Assembly (NCBI GenBank): GCA_937877075.1
Contig: CALEGD010000067.1
Span: 1-60,004, forward strand
Origin: an uncultured Acholeplasmatales bacterium
GTDB taxonomy: Bacteria > Bacillota_I > Bacilli_A > ML615J-28 > CAG-698
Direction: 5' to 3'
Length of the DNA: 60,004 nucleotides
Positions 49,099-59,119 of the stretch are shown here, in pieces. The notes beneath the pieces are model-generated. The model was not told where the DNA came from and made no database searches. It saw nothing but the letters and a program-made list of their open reading frames with translations. Position 1 is the stretch's first letter; every line of letters starts with the position of its first letter. Made by a program: the position numbers and the translations under genes.

Positions 49099-49929
49099 TT
49101 ATCCTTCAAACTTTTTCTGACAATGTTCACATAAATAAGTTCCACGCCCTCCGACACGAATCTTAATAATCGTTTGATTGCAGGTCGGACAAAATTCCTT
49201 CGTATGAACCAGAAGTTCGTTTTGAAAGCGACCGCTGATTTCATGGGATGAAAAACTCTTGATGGTTGTTCCGCCAAGAGCAATTGCCTTTTTTAAAACT
49301 ATTCTTGAATTATCAAGCAGTAAGGCCACCTGTTCAATTGACAAAGATTTAGTGCTTGTGGAAGGGTGAATTCCGGAAAGAAAGCATACCTCATCAACAT
49401 AAATATTTCCGAGGCCGCTAATAATCGTTTGATCAAGTAAAGTAGATTTAATCGGTCTAGATAATTTCCGAAAGACCTCATAAATCTTTTCAACAGTCAA
49501 ATCTTCATCAAAGGGATCGGAAGCAACTTTATTTAATGGTTCTTCTTGGAAGATTAATTTAAGATTCTTCGTCTTAAAAAGATTCATAGTTCCGAATTTT
49601 CTTACATCATGGTATCTAAGACTCGTACCATCGGTAAAGTTAAAAACTATATGCTCGTGCTTGACCACGGGTTCATCTTTCTTGAGAAAATATTTTCCTT
49701 CCATCCGTAAATGTGATACTAAAGTCACGTCGGTCAAAAGCATAATTAGATATTTACCTTTTCGCTTAATGTCTTCAAAGGTTTGTCCGATAAGCGAATA
49801 AGAAAATTCAATCGGTGAAACATTCTTAATTATATTCCTATAATATATATCAACGCTGTTAATAGTTTTTCCGATGATATTTTTCTTTAGATCGCGTCTG
49901 ACTGTTTCAACTTCTGGTAATTCAGGCAT
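49099..49929 (-). CDS. mutM: Formamidopyrimidine-DNA glycosylase
   Basis: MPELPEVE, HLRMEG, GLGNIY and C4 zinc finger. Confidence 0.97.
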   Translation of the reverse strand: MPELPEVETVRRDLKKNIIGKTINSVDIYYRNIIKNVSPIEFSYSLIGQTFEDIKRKGKYLIMLLTDVTLVSHLRMEGKYFLKKDEPVVKHEHIVFNFTDGTSLRYHDVRKFGTMNLFKTKNLKLIFQEEPLNKVASDPFDEDLTVEKIYEVFRKLSRPIKSTLLDQTIISGLGNIYVDEVCFLSGIHPSTSTKSLSIEQVALLLDNSRIVLKKAIALGGTTIKSFSSHEISGRFQNELLVHTKEFCPTCNQTIIKIRVGGRGTYLCEHCQKKFEG

Positions 49930-49931
49930 AA

Positions 49932-50438
49932 TTAAAACTTTTCATAATATACTTTTTCAGGTTCGAAACGGTCCACATAATGGAATGCATCGGGATCTTT
50001 TGGATAACCCAAGGAAATCAGGGAAAAAACTTCTAGATTTTCCGGAGTTCCGAGAGCCTTATTTACATGGCTAGTCCTTTCTAGGTTTGGATAAAGCCCC
50101 AACCAACAATTTCCGATACCAAGTTCGGAAGCTTCTAAAAGAATATTCATCGTGGCAACACTCAAATCCTGTTGAACAAAAAGAGGTGCAGTCAAATTAT
50201 CCTTTTCAAAAAAAGTGAAGATTGCAGCCTGCGCTTCCTTTAACATCTTCATATTAGTGGCCACTTCAGAGAGACGGTCTAATTCTTGCCGGTCCTGAAT
50301 GACCAAAAAACGCCATGGTCTTTGATTTCTTGCGCTTGGCGCTTGCATTGCCGCTCTTAAAATCTTTTCAATTTTATCTTTTTCTATTGCATCTGGAAGA
50401 TAATTTCTAACACTTCTTCTTTTAAAAATAACGTTCAT
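49932..50438 (-). CDS. Nitroreductase family protein
   Basis: RRSVRNY, APSARNQRPW and LGYP motifs; start at ATG 50438. Confidence 0.93.
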   Translation of the reverse strand: MNVIFKRRSVRNYLPDAIEKDKIEKILRAAMQAPSARNQRPWRFLVIQDRQELDRLSEVATNMKMLKEAQAAIFTFFEKDNLTAPLFVQQDLSVATMNILLEASELGIGNCWLGLYPNLERTSHVNKALGTPENLEVFSLISLGYPKDPDAFHYVDRFEPEKVYYEKF

Positions 50439-50457
50439 AAAAACTCCTTTCTTAAAT

Positions 50458-53082
50458 CTATTTCGCTTCAGCCCAATTTCTACCGATTCCCACTTCAACA
50501 TCTAATTTTATCTTTAGTTGATAAGCGGTTTCCATTTCGGTCTTGACTAAATGTTTTAAGATTTCAACTTCTTCTTTAGGGCAGTCAAAAACCAATTCAT
50601 CGTGGACTTGTGCTATCATTAATGATTTTAAACCTTCTTTTTTCAAGCGGCGGTTAATATTAACCATCGCTATTTTGATAATATCCGAAGCACTTCCTTG
50701 CATCGGAGCATTCATAGCTGTCCTTTCACCGAAGTTCCGCATATTAATATTAGAACTGGAAATCTCGGGTATATACCGACGTCGGTTAAGGATTGTTTTT
50801 GTATAGCCATCATTCTTAGCATTATCAATAGTTGTGTCTAAAAATTCTTTTACTTTACGATAAGTATCAAAATATTTATTTATATAAATATTTGCTTCAA
50901 GCGGAGAAATACCCAGTGATTCACTCAACCCCCAAGCACTCATTCCGTAAATAATCCCAAAATTGATTGCCTTTGCGGTCCGACGCATATCCTTTGAAAC
51001 AGTTTCAGGGTCAATATCATATATTAGGCTTGCCGTTTGAGTATGAAAGTCAATTGAATGATTAAAAGCCGAGATCATTTTTTCATCTTGGGAAAGATGT
51101 GCAAGAACCCGTAGTTCTATCTGAGAATAGTCGGCACTAAGAATAAACCCATCCGAAAAACGGGAAATAAATATCTCTCTGATAACCTGTCCGTCTTCGG
51201 TGCGAACAGGAATATTTTGGATATTAGGTTCAACTGACGAAAGTCTTCCTGTTTGAGTTAGAGCTTGTTTGTATAAGGGATGAATAAAGGATTGTTCATC
51301 AGCAACCTCGCTTAACCCATTAACATAAGTTGTAACCAGTTTATTATAACCACGATAATCCAAAACCAATCTGGCTATTTTATAATCCCCAGCCAGTTTT
51401 TCCAGTACATCAACATTTGTAGAAAAACCGGTTTTATTCCGTTTCCCATGGGGAAGATGGAGTTTTTCAAAAAGAATTTCACCCAATTTCTTAGGGGAAT
51501 TAATATTAAATTCTTCTCCGGCCATTTGGTAGATTTCTGATGCAACTCCATCAACTTTTGAATTTAATTCTTTACCAATAAGTTCTAGATGTTTTAAATT
51601 AATTAAAAGTCCAAAGAGTTCCATTTCACCAAGCACCTCAGAAAGCTCCAACTCAACCTTATATAAATATAAGAGTTCCTGGCTTTGCAAATCACTTTGG
51701 ATTCTTTTTTCAAGATCCATTATAACTGCACATTTATCGGTACTGTACTTAGCATAAATTTTAAGGTCCGGTATTGCCATTTTTTTGTTTGCACCATAGA
51801 TATTTACATAATAAGGCAAATCATTATTTGAAAAATAACCGGCAGTAACCTTAATATCATCAGAGCCATAGGCAGGATTTAATAGATATGCGGCTAGCAT
51901 CATATCATATGAAATACCTTTAATATCTAAACCATGTTTATTAAAAGTTAAATATAATTTTTTATAATCAAAAGTTTTTTTCAAGTATTTAGGATTTGAA
52001 AGATAGGACTTCAACTCTTGATGTTTAAGCAGAACTTCTTTTGGAAAGAAAAATCTTCTTTTCCCACAAACCATCCCGAGACCCAAAAAATTTCCTCGGT
52101 AATAATTCTCCCCAAACACTTCAACAATAATATAAGCATCTTCGGTTAAGTCCAGTTTTTTATCCGGATCATCAATAATTTCCGGCATAATCGTTTCTGT
52201 CTCTAACTTGTTATGCCGTCTCTTTAAAAGGGAAAAGAACTCCAAGTCTTTAAGAAAATGATTTAACTCATCTTGATCATATTCATTTACCTTTAAATCT
52301 GGAGAAGAGAAGTTAACATCAATATCTTGTTTTAGGGTTGCAAGACGTTTGCATTGCAAGCCTATTTCCGTATTTTTAGAAATTAGTTCGGAGGTTTTTC
52401 CGCCAATCTTATCAACATTTGCAATTATCTCTTCAAGGGTCGGGTATTCTTTCAATAATTTGAGTGCAGTCTTTTCTCCAATCCCCTTAATACCAGGGAG
52501 ATTATCAGAAGCATCTCCGACTAAACCCTTAAAGTCAATAACTTGTTTTGGAGTAAGACCAGCTTTTTCCAGGAAGTTTTCATGATTATATTCTTCTAGT
52601 TCAGAAATCCCTCTTCTTGTAAGAAAGACTTTAACTTTACCATTAACCAATTGAAGAAGATCCTTATCTCCGGTAATGATTCTGATTTCATCAAAATCCT
52701 TATAAGCTTTTGTTGCAACAGTGGCAATTAAATCGTCAGCCTCATAGTCAAGGCTTTCCATTCTAAATATCCTCATGATGTCCAAATAGTTCTTAATATA
52801 TGGTATTTGCACCCTTAATTCTTCCGGAAGGGCTTTTCGGGTTGCTTTATATTCGGTATATTCTTGATGACGAAAAGTTTGTTTACCGGCATCAAAGGCA
52901 ACAAACGCATAATCTAATTCATCAATCAATTTATCTAGCATACTAATAAATGCATATAGTGCATTGGTATAAAGACCGGACTTTGTTTGCATCAGATTCC
53001 CACGATATGCTGTTGCATAGTAAGAACGAAACATTAGTGAGTTCCCGTCTATCAATGTAATTTTTTTACTTGTCTTGTTCAT
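50458..53082 (-). CDS. polA: DNA polymerase I
   Basis: 5'-3' exonuclease (LIDGNSL, EADD); polymerase motifs ADYSQIELR, KAINFGIIYG and QVHDEL. Confidence 0.98.
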   Translation of the reverse strand: MNKTSKKITLIDGNSLMFRSYYATAYRGNLMQTKSGLYTNALYAFISMLDKLIDELDYAFVAFDAGKQTFRHQEYTEYKATRKALPEELRVQIPYIKNYLDIMRIFRMESLDYEADDLIATVATKAYKDFDEIRIITGDKDLLQLVNGKVKVFLTRRGISELEEYNHENFLEKAGLTPKQVIDFKGLVGDASDNLPGIKGIGEKTALKLLKEYPTLEEIIANVDKIGGKTSELISKNTEIGLQCKRLATLKQDIDVNFSSPDLKVNEYDQDELNHFLKDLEFFSLLKRRHNKLETETIMPEIIDDPDKKLDLTEDAYIIVEVFGENYYRGNFLGLGMVCGKRRFFFPKEVLLKHQELKSYLSNPKYLKKTFDYKKLYLTFNKHGLDIKGISYDMMLAAYLLNPAYGSDDIKVTAGYFSNNDLPYYVNIYGANKKMAIPDLKIYAKYSTDKCAVIMDLEKRIQSDLQSQELLYLYKVELELSEVLGEMELFGLLINLKHLELIGKELNSKVDGVASEIYQMAGEEFNINSPKKLGEILFEKLHLPHGKRNKTGFSTNVDVLEKLAGDYKIARLVLDYRGYNKLVTTYVNGLSEVADEQSFIHPLYKQALTQTGRLSSVEPNIQNIPVRTEDGQVIREIFISRFSDGFILSADYSQIELRVLAHLSQDEKMISAFNHSIDFHTQTASLIYDIDPETVSKDMRRTAKAINFGIIYGMSAWGLSESLGISPLEANIYINKYFDTYRKVKEFLDTTIDNAKNDGYTKTILNRRRYIPEISSSNINMRNFGERTAMNAPMQGSASDIIKIAMVNINRRLKKEGLKSLMIAQVHDELVFDCPKEEVEILKHLVKTEMETAYQLKIKLDVEVGIGRNWAEAK

Positions 53083-53163
53083 ATATTCACCTAATCTATT
53101 TTAATTTTACCACAAAATCTCCAAAAAAGACATAGATATTAAAAATAAAGCGATAATATTATT

Positions 53164-54054
53164 ATGAAGGAAAAGTATCGTTTTATTATCATTTTTGCTT
53201 TACTTACTGCCGTCTTTTTTTTATTGATTTCTATATCACGCCATAATGAGAAGAAAAAACAAATTGAAGAACTCTCGGAATACCTCGACAATGAAGAAGT
53301 TGCCTTTGCTCTAGCCAATAACTTCAAAATGGAGGAGCTTCGTGATTTTCTTGATTTTGATAATTTCAGCATATTCTACTTCCGGTCTTATCAAAGGTTA
53401 AAGGATGATTATAATCTTACACCCTTAGAAGCCATCAACCTCTTCCACAATCCTAATTTTTACTCCTTCTACAAAAATCCAAAACCTGCACTTTTCTTAG
53501 AAACTCCGCTTGTCCTTGTAAACAAATGTTATTATCTTGAAGAGGATTTCGTTCCAAAAGGTTTAGTAATGATTGATAATTATGATATTCCTCATTATGA
53601 TCGAAAAGGTGACGAAATTCAATTGAAGATTGCGACTATGGATAGTTTAAAACTCATGATCGAGGAAGCCAAAGCAAAAGGTCATTCTTTGGTGGTTTAC
53701 TCAGGTTATCGCAGTTTCGAAAAACAAAGATATTTATATTATGAGGTATATAACGAAAATGATGATATCAGTGCCCGCCCGGGATTTTCTGAACATCAAA
53801 CTGGTTATGCTGTCGATATTTCTACTTCCAAAGCCGGACTAACTTATCATTTGGAAAAGACGGAAGCATATATATGGCTTAAAGATAATGCTCATCGTTT
53901 TGGTTTTATCCTGAGATTTCCTAAAGGAAAGGAAGATTTGACAGGCTATCAATTTGAACCTTGGCACTTTCGCTATGTCGGAATACATGCAGAGGTTATA
54001 TACCAAGACCAATTAACATTAGAAGAGTATATCATCGTAAATTTCCAATTATAA
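53164..54054 (+). CDS. M15B family D-Ala-D-Ala (or L,D-) carboxypeptidase, membrane-anchored
   Basis: N-terminal TM; SGYRS..Q, SARPGFSEHQTG.AVD and EPWHFRYVG motifs. Confidence 0.9.
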   Translation: MKEKYRFIIIFALLTAVFFLLISISRHNEKKKQIEELSEYLDNEEVAFALANNFKMEELRDFLDFDNFSIFYFRSYQRLKDDYNLTPLEAINLFHNPNFYSFYKNPKPALFLETPLVLVNKCYYLEEDFVPKGLVMIDNYDIPHYDRKGDEIQLKIATMDSLKLMIEEAKAKGHSLVVYSGYRSFEKQRYLYYEVYNENDDISARPGFSEHQTGYAVDISTSKAGLTYHLEKTEAYIWLKDNAHRFGFILRFPKGKEDLTGYQFEPWHFRYVGIHAEVIYQDQLTLEEYIIVNFQL

Positions 54055-54056
54055 AA

Positions 54057-54085
54057 GCACTCATTTTCTTCTTTTTCATAGAATA
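54057..54085 (+). promoter_or_regulatory. Putative sigma-K-like promoter
   Basis: GCAC-N16-CATAGAATA matches the sigK consensus (AC-N16/17-CATAnnnTA). Confidence 0.5.
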
Positions 54086-54104
54086 ATTATAGAGGAGGGA
54101 GATT

Positions 54105-54296
54105 ATGAATTATCAACAAGGCCCATATATAAAGACATATGAAAATGAAGAAAGAGTTGTACCGTTTCTGACCGGTGTTGCTTTGGGTACAGTATTCCCA
54201 AATCGCTATTTTTATCCTTTTCCATACTACTATCCTTATCCCTTTTTCCCCTACCAAAGATTCCGTCGTCGGCGTCGGCGCCGCTTCCTTTACTAA
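54105..54296 (+). CDS. Small Tyr/Pro/Phe/Arg-rich protein, spore-coat-like
   Basis: Strong AGGAGG SD and own terminator; sequence PFLTGVALG-PYYYPYPFFPY-RRRRRRR. Confidence 0.7.
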   Translation: MNYQQGPYIKTYENEERVVPFLTGVALGTVFPNRYFYPFPYYYPYPFFPYQRFRRRRRRRFLY

Positions 54297-54297
54297 T

Positions 54298-54323
54298 AAA
54301 AGAGAGATTCACTCTCTTTTTTT
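54298..54323 (+). terminator. Terminator of the small protein gene
   Basis: AAAAGAGAG-ATTCA-CTCTCTTTTTTT. Confidence 0.8.
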
Positions 54324-54443
54324 ATTTTCTAAATAATGGTATACTATATAAACGATGCTCTTATTTAAAAAATATAACCAGAAAGGGAAAAGTATTGTAC
54401 TAAATAATTAAATTCTTTTATTAATTATTTTCTATTATACTAG

Positions 54444-56174
54444 GTGATTCATTTGAATAAGAATTTGTACACAGAATATGGAGAAAATCTAAATGTCAGC
54501 CAAATATTATCGGAATATCCTCGGCCTCAATTTGCAAGGGAATCTTTTTTAAACCTAAACGGTTATTGGAATTACAAAATATCCAAACTCCCCGAAATCC
54601 CCGAATCCTATGAAAACCGAATTCTTGTTCCGTTTCCGATTGAATCCGCACTCTCAGGAGTTCAAAAACTCCTGAACAAGGAATATCTTATTTATCATCG
54701 TTGTTTCCGTTTACCGGAAAATTTCAACCGCGGAAAAGTTTTCTTAAACTTTGGAGCCGTAGACCAGGAAGCAACAGTATATGTGAACGGTCAAAATCTG
54801 TTCCATCACCAAGGCGGATATTTTCCTTTTTCAGTTGACATTACTGAGTTTTTAAGGGAAAATAATGAATTAGTTGTTATTGTTTCCGATCCAACCGATA
54901 CCACATACCGTGCCTATGGAAAGCAAACGCTAAATCCACGGACCATTTGGTATACACCGATTACCGGGATTTGGCAGACTGTCTGGCTGGAGAGTGTACC
55001 GGAAAATCATCTCAAGAAAATTATAATCAATCCTGATTATGATGAAGGGGAAGTAAATTTTCAATTTGAAACTTCGGGCCCTTGTTATGGATTGCTAAGT
55101 ATTACCGACAAAGGAAAACTTATTATTCAAAAGAATTTTACTGAATCTAATGTCAATATCAAAATATCAGATTTCATTCCTTGGTCTCCTGAAAATCCCC
55201 ATCTCTATGACTTAAGAATTGAAATCGGTGAAGATGTCGTCAATAGTTATTTTGCTTTTCGAAAGTTTTCAATCGGAGAAGGTCCTAATGGAAAATGTCT
55301 TTTCTTAAATAATCAACCTTATTTTATGAATGGTGTCCTTGACCAAGGTTATTATAGCGACGGACTTTACACACCCGCTTCCGATCAAGCTTTTATTGAC
55401 GATATTATGAAAATGAAAGATCTCGGCTTTAATACACTAAGAAAACATATAAAAATAGAACCACTTCGCTTCTATTATCATTGTGATCGCTTAGGAATGA
55501 TAGTCTGGCAAGACATGGTTAATGGAGGAAGATATAGTTTTTGGAAAATGTCGGTGCTCCCTACCATCGGCTTCCAAAGATTCAGCGATATTAAAAACCT
55601 TCGTTCTTTTGGGAGGGAAACTCCCGAGTCCCAAGAAGCCTTTCGAAAAGAACTTGAAGAAACAGTTGATCTTCTTTATAATGTTCCTTCCATTGCTCTT
55701 TGGACAATCTTTAATGAAGGTTGGGGACAGTTTCACAGTGTTGAATTATATCATTATTTAAAAAGTCTTGATCAAAGCCGAATCATTGATTCCACAAGCG
55801 GTTGGTTTGACCAAGGTGGATCTGATCTCACAAGTAAGCATATATACTTTAAAAAGCTCCGCTTTAAAAAAGAAAAAAGACCGATTGTTTTAAGTGAATT
55901 TGGTGGTTATTCTTGTCATATTAAGGAACATTCATACTCAAAAAAAGAATATGGCTATAAAAAGTTTTCCTCAAGAGAAGACTTTGAAGAAGCATATATT
56001 AGTCTTTTTGAAAACCAAGTTATTCCTAATCTTAAAAAGGGACTATGTGCTTGCATCTACACCCAATTAAGTGATGTTGAGGAAGAGACCAATGGTATTC
56101 TAACCTATGACCGGAAAGTATGTAAACTTAATCCGGAAAGAATAAAAAAATTAAATCAAAAGTTTAACCTTTAA
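54444..56174 (+). CDS. Glycoside hydrolase family 2 (beta-galactosidase/glucuronidase-like)
   Basis: EYPRPQ, LNGYW, FGAVD, GIWQTVWLE, RKHIK, FNEGWGQ and LSEFGG motifs. Confidence 0.92.
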   Translation: MIHLNKNLYTEYGENLNVSQILSEYPRPQFARESFLNLNGYWNYKISKLPEIPESYENRILVPFPIESALSGVQKLLNKEYLIYHRCFRLPENFNRGKVFLNFGAVDQEATVYVNGQNLFHHQGGYFPFSVDITEFLRENNELVVIVSDPTDTTYRAYGKQTLNPRTIWYTPITGIWQTVWLESVPENHLKKIIINPDYDEGEVNFQFETSGPCYGLLSITDKGKLIIQKNFTESNVNIKISDFIPWSPENPHLYDLRIEIGEDVVNSYFAFRKFSIGEGPNGKCLFLNNQPYFMNGVLDQGYYSDGLYTPASDQAFIDDIMKMKDLGFNTLRKHIKIEPLRFYYHCDRLGMIVWQDMVNGGRYSFWKMSVLPTIGFQRFSDIKNLRSFGRETPESQEAFRKELEETVDLLYNVPSIALWTIFNEGWGQFHSVELYHYLKSLDQSRIIDSTSGWFDQGGSDLTSKHIYFKKLRFKKEKRPIVLSEFGGYSCHIKEHSYSKKEYGYKKFSSREDFEEAYISLFENQVIPNLKKGLCACIYTQLSDVEEETNGILTYDRKVCKLNPERIKKLNQKFNL

Positions 56175-56209
56175 AAAATAAAGTTAGAATTGCTTCTAAC
56201 TTTATTTTT
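56173..56209. terminator. Bidirectional terminator between GH2 and ribU
   Basis: AAAAATAAAGTTAGAA-TTGC-TTCTAACTTTATTTTT perfect inverted repeat. Confidence 0.8.
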
Positions 56210-56810
56210 CATAGAATTCCTTCGCAAGCACAGAAATCTTTTTATAAACGAAATAGGTAATTGTATTAACCAGGGTAGATAAAAGCAAATTAAAGGGGAT
56301 AACTGCGTAGAGAATATAATAAGCCATAAAATTCTCTTCATTTATTCCTTCAATGACTTTTTTAATACTGCCTAGAACACCCTCAAAACCATAGGCTTTA
56401 AGATAAAAGGGCATAATGATGAAATAGTTTGCGAGTACGGCGGAAATAACCCAAAAAACGCTACTAATTAAAAGAGCAATGATTCCTCCCTTTTTAGTTC
56501 GATTAAATTTGTAGTATAGGCCTGAACCAAGCACAACGGCAATTCCGATTAATACATCCGCAAGTTCCCCAATCCCTGCAGTTGAAGTAAAGGGGAGCTT
56601 GATTAAACAACGAAGTATGACAATTATAACTCCGCTTAAAGGTCCCAAAGTAAGTCCCCCGATTAAAACGGGAAGATTGGAAAACTGAATATCCAAAAAT
56701 TCAGGGAAAATCATTGGTAGCGGGAACTTTAGATGATACAATACTGTTGATAAAGCTGTAAAAATGGCAATCAGCACGAGTTTCCTAATACTTTGACTTC
56801 TACTTTTCAT
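56202..56810 (-). CDS. ribU: ECF transporter S component, riboflavin (RibU)
   Basis: FPLP..P.FL.I.FS.LP, GIGELA and IPFNLL motifs; preceded by an FMN riboswitch. Confidence 0.88.
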   Translation of the reverse strand: MKSRSQSIRKLVLIAIFTALSTVLYHLKFPLPMIFPEFLDIQFSNLPVLIGGLTLGPLSGVIIVILRCLIKLPFTSTAGIGELADVLIGIAVVLGSGLYYKFNRTKKGGIIALLISSVFWVISAVLANYFIIMPFYLKAYGFEGVLGSIKKVIEGINEENFMAYYILYAVIPFNLLLSTLVNTITYFVYKKISVLAKEFYEK

Positions 56811-56869
56811 TTATTTCACCTCGTAAAAAAATGCTCGCGAAAAACTTCACGAGCAAAGAAATCGAAAAA

Positions 56870-56982
56870 ATCTCTTCTTTCATCTAGACTATACTATCGG
56901 TATTGGAGTTTCACCAATTCGTGCTTTTTCAAGCTCGCGGACTTTACCGCCGGTCGGGAATTACACCCTGCCCTGAAGATTT
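56870..56982 (-). ncRNA. FMN riboswitch (RFN element)
   Basis: ATCTTCAGGGCAGGGTGTAATTCCCGACCGGCGGTAAAGTCCGCGA...GGTGAAACTCC..ACCGATAGTATAGTCTAGATGAAAGAAGA; terminator GCTCGTGA/TCGCGAGC-TTTTTTT at ~56825-56855. Confidence 0.95.
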
Positions 56983-57021
56983 TCTAATTCTATTATACGC
57001 TTCTAAATTGGAAAAGTCAAT

Positions 57022-58209
57022 TTATTTTGAGAATAAAACCTTTTCGTTCTTAAACATTTTGATTAAAACAAAAACAAGCAATGAAATAAGAACAACCGAT
57101 GAACCAATAACAAATAAGTAATTTAATAAGTTAAAGTTAAATGAAAGTAAATCTTTCATGATTAAAGTAAAATTGTAAATCGGAACCAAGTACATCACTG
57201 ATTCGGATTTTTCGCCGATATTAAACGAACTCATTATCGGAAGTATCATCACCGCTAAGAAGATTGGCATTGCATAAGCGGTAGCTTCCTTAACGGTTTT
57301 TGCTATTGTCGAGGTAAGAAGAAGCAAAGAGGAGGCAAGTGTTGCAAGAACTATCAAAAGTCCTAAGAGAGCCAAGTAATCAAGGACACCGTAACTAACT
57401 CCACCTTGTAATTCAAATACGAATTTCATAAAAGGTAAAGAAGCAATAACACCGATAAACGAAGAAAGTGCAGCCAATATTGTGAGGGTAGTTGTAGAAA
57501 TGATTTTCCCGATTATGATATGATTACGGGGAATCGGAAGAACAAGTAGCGTCGCAAGGGTACCTCTCTCCTTTTCTCCGGCAATTGCATCAGACCCTAT
57601 TCCCATTGCACTACCGAAAATAAAGGAAAGAATAAGAATCGGTAGAATCATAGAGAGAAAGGTGCCACCGGTTTTCTCTTTAGGAATCACCTGTTCTGGT
57701 ATCATACTAAAGATATTGGGGTCAATTTCCTTTTCTTCAAGAAAAGAATTTTTTTGAATTTCCAATATCTTCTGGATCTTTGTATTGGCAGTACTTGAAT
57801 TCATTGCTGTTTCATTAAAGTAAACTACTACTTGTGGCTTAGAATTATTATCTACTTTGCTTTCAAAATCCTCCTCAAAAACAATAATGACATCAATTTC
57901 ACCATCCTGAACTTTTACTTTTAAGGATTCAAGGTTATCTAAAGTTTCTTCGGAAAACAGAATATTTCCGACTTTATTTAACTCTATAGCAGCTTCAGTA
58001 GCCTCAGTGAAACTTTCCGGAACATTGATTGTAATAATATTACTTTGATGTTCAATCACCTTTTTCATGGAATTTTCAGCTGTTTTCCCGATGAAGAAAT
58101 ACATAACAAAAATTATCAAACCGGGTAGAATTAAAGTGGAAAAAAGCGATCTTGGAAATTTAAAAACCTTATCAAATTCTTTTTTAAAAATACCTTTAAT
58201 GTTCCTCAT
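57022..58209 (-). CDS. ABC-2 permease, NatB-like (Na+ export)
   Basis: IAGEKERGTLATLL and GKI motifs; large extracellular loop. Confidence 0.88.
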   Translation of the reverse strand: MRNIKGIFKKEFDKVFKFPRSLFSTLILPGLIIFVMYFFIGKTAENSMKKVIEHQSNIITINVPESFTEATEAAIELNKVGNILFSEETLDNLESLKVKVQDGEIDVIIVFEEDFESKVDNNSKPQVVVYFNETAMNSSTANTKIQKILEIQKNSFLEEKEIDPNIFSMIPEQVIPKEKTGGTFLSMILPILILSFIFGSAMGIGSDAIAGEKERGTLATLLVLPIPRNHIIIGKIISTTTLTILAALSSFIGVIASLPFMKFVFELQGGVSYGVLDYLALLGLLIVLATLASSLLLLTSTIAKTVKEATAYAMPIFLAVMILPIMSSFNIGEKSESVMYLVPIYNFTLIMKDLLSFNFNLLNYLFVIGSSVVLISLLVFVLIKMFKNEKVLFSK

Positions 58210-58978
58210 AATTCACCTCATTAAATATTGAAAAGAAAACATCCTCTATATCTTTTCCAGGATGAGATTTGAGCACTTTCTCAACACTGTCACAAAGAAC
58301 CAATTTGCCGTCAAGAATAATGCCGACTCGATCACAAATTTTTTCTACGAGATTCATGATATGGGTACTGATGATGATACTTTTACCTTGATTACGAAGT
58401 TCAAGGAGAAAATCGGTAACCGTTTTGGCGGTAATAACATCAAGACCATTAGTCGGTTCATCAAAGATTATCACATCAGGATCATTAACCAAAGAAATAA
58501 CAATTGAAGTTTTTTGTTTCATACCGGTTGAAAGCTCCCCAATTTTGACTTCTGAAAACTTATCAATACCGAATATCTTAAAAAGATAATTTTTCCTTTT
58601 TTCTACTGTTTCTTGGTCAATACCGTAAAAACTTGAAAAATAGTCAAACAAGTAATTTGGAGTAAACATTTTTTCCAAATTCAATTCATTTGTTAAGAAG
58701 GCGATATTTTTTTTAATATTTACATCATCCTCAATATTAATCCCCTCAACTGTTATGTCCCCTGCATCTGGTTTGATCAAAGTTGCAATACAGCGTAAAG
58801 TTGTAGTTTTCCCTGCACCGTTGGGCCCGAGCAAACCAAAAATCTCTCCTTTATAAGTACTAAAGGAAATATCGTCAACGGCAACCTTTAATGGATTGTC
58901 GGTCTTGTCTATTCGCATTTGTTTTTTTGATAAACGAAATGTTTTCCGCAAATTTTTGATTACAATAGATTCTTGCAT
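58196..58978 (-). CDS. ABC ATP-binding protein, NatA-like
   Basis: GPNGAGKTT, LSTGMKQK, FDEPTNGLD and STH motifs. Confidence 0.93.
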   Translation of the reverse strand: MQESIVIKNLRKTFRLSKKQMRIDKTDNPLKVAVDDISFSTYKGEIFGLLGPNGAGKTTTLRCIATLIKPDAGDITVEGINIEDDVNIKKNIAFLTNELNLEKMFTPNYLFDYFSSFYGIDQETVEKRKNYLFKIFGIDKFSEVKIGELSTGMKQKTSIVISLVNDPDVIIFDEPTNGLDVITAKTVTDFLLELRNQGKSIIISTHIMNLVEKICDRVGIILDGKLVLCDSVEKVLKSHPGKDIEDVFFSIFNEVNYEEH

Positions 58979-59119
58979 AAAAATTTTTTCCTTTCTTTCG
59001 ATTATTTAAATAATACAATAAATAGATAAAATAAGCAAGGTTTTTGAGACAATGCCCCAGCTTTTTATTGCATCAATTATTTAAATAAGGTATAATAATT
59101 GCTATGGTGAGTGAGAATT

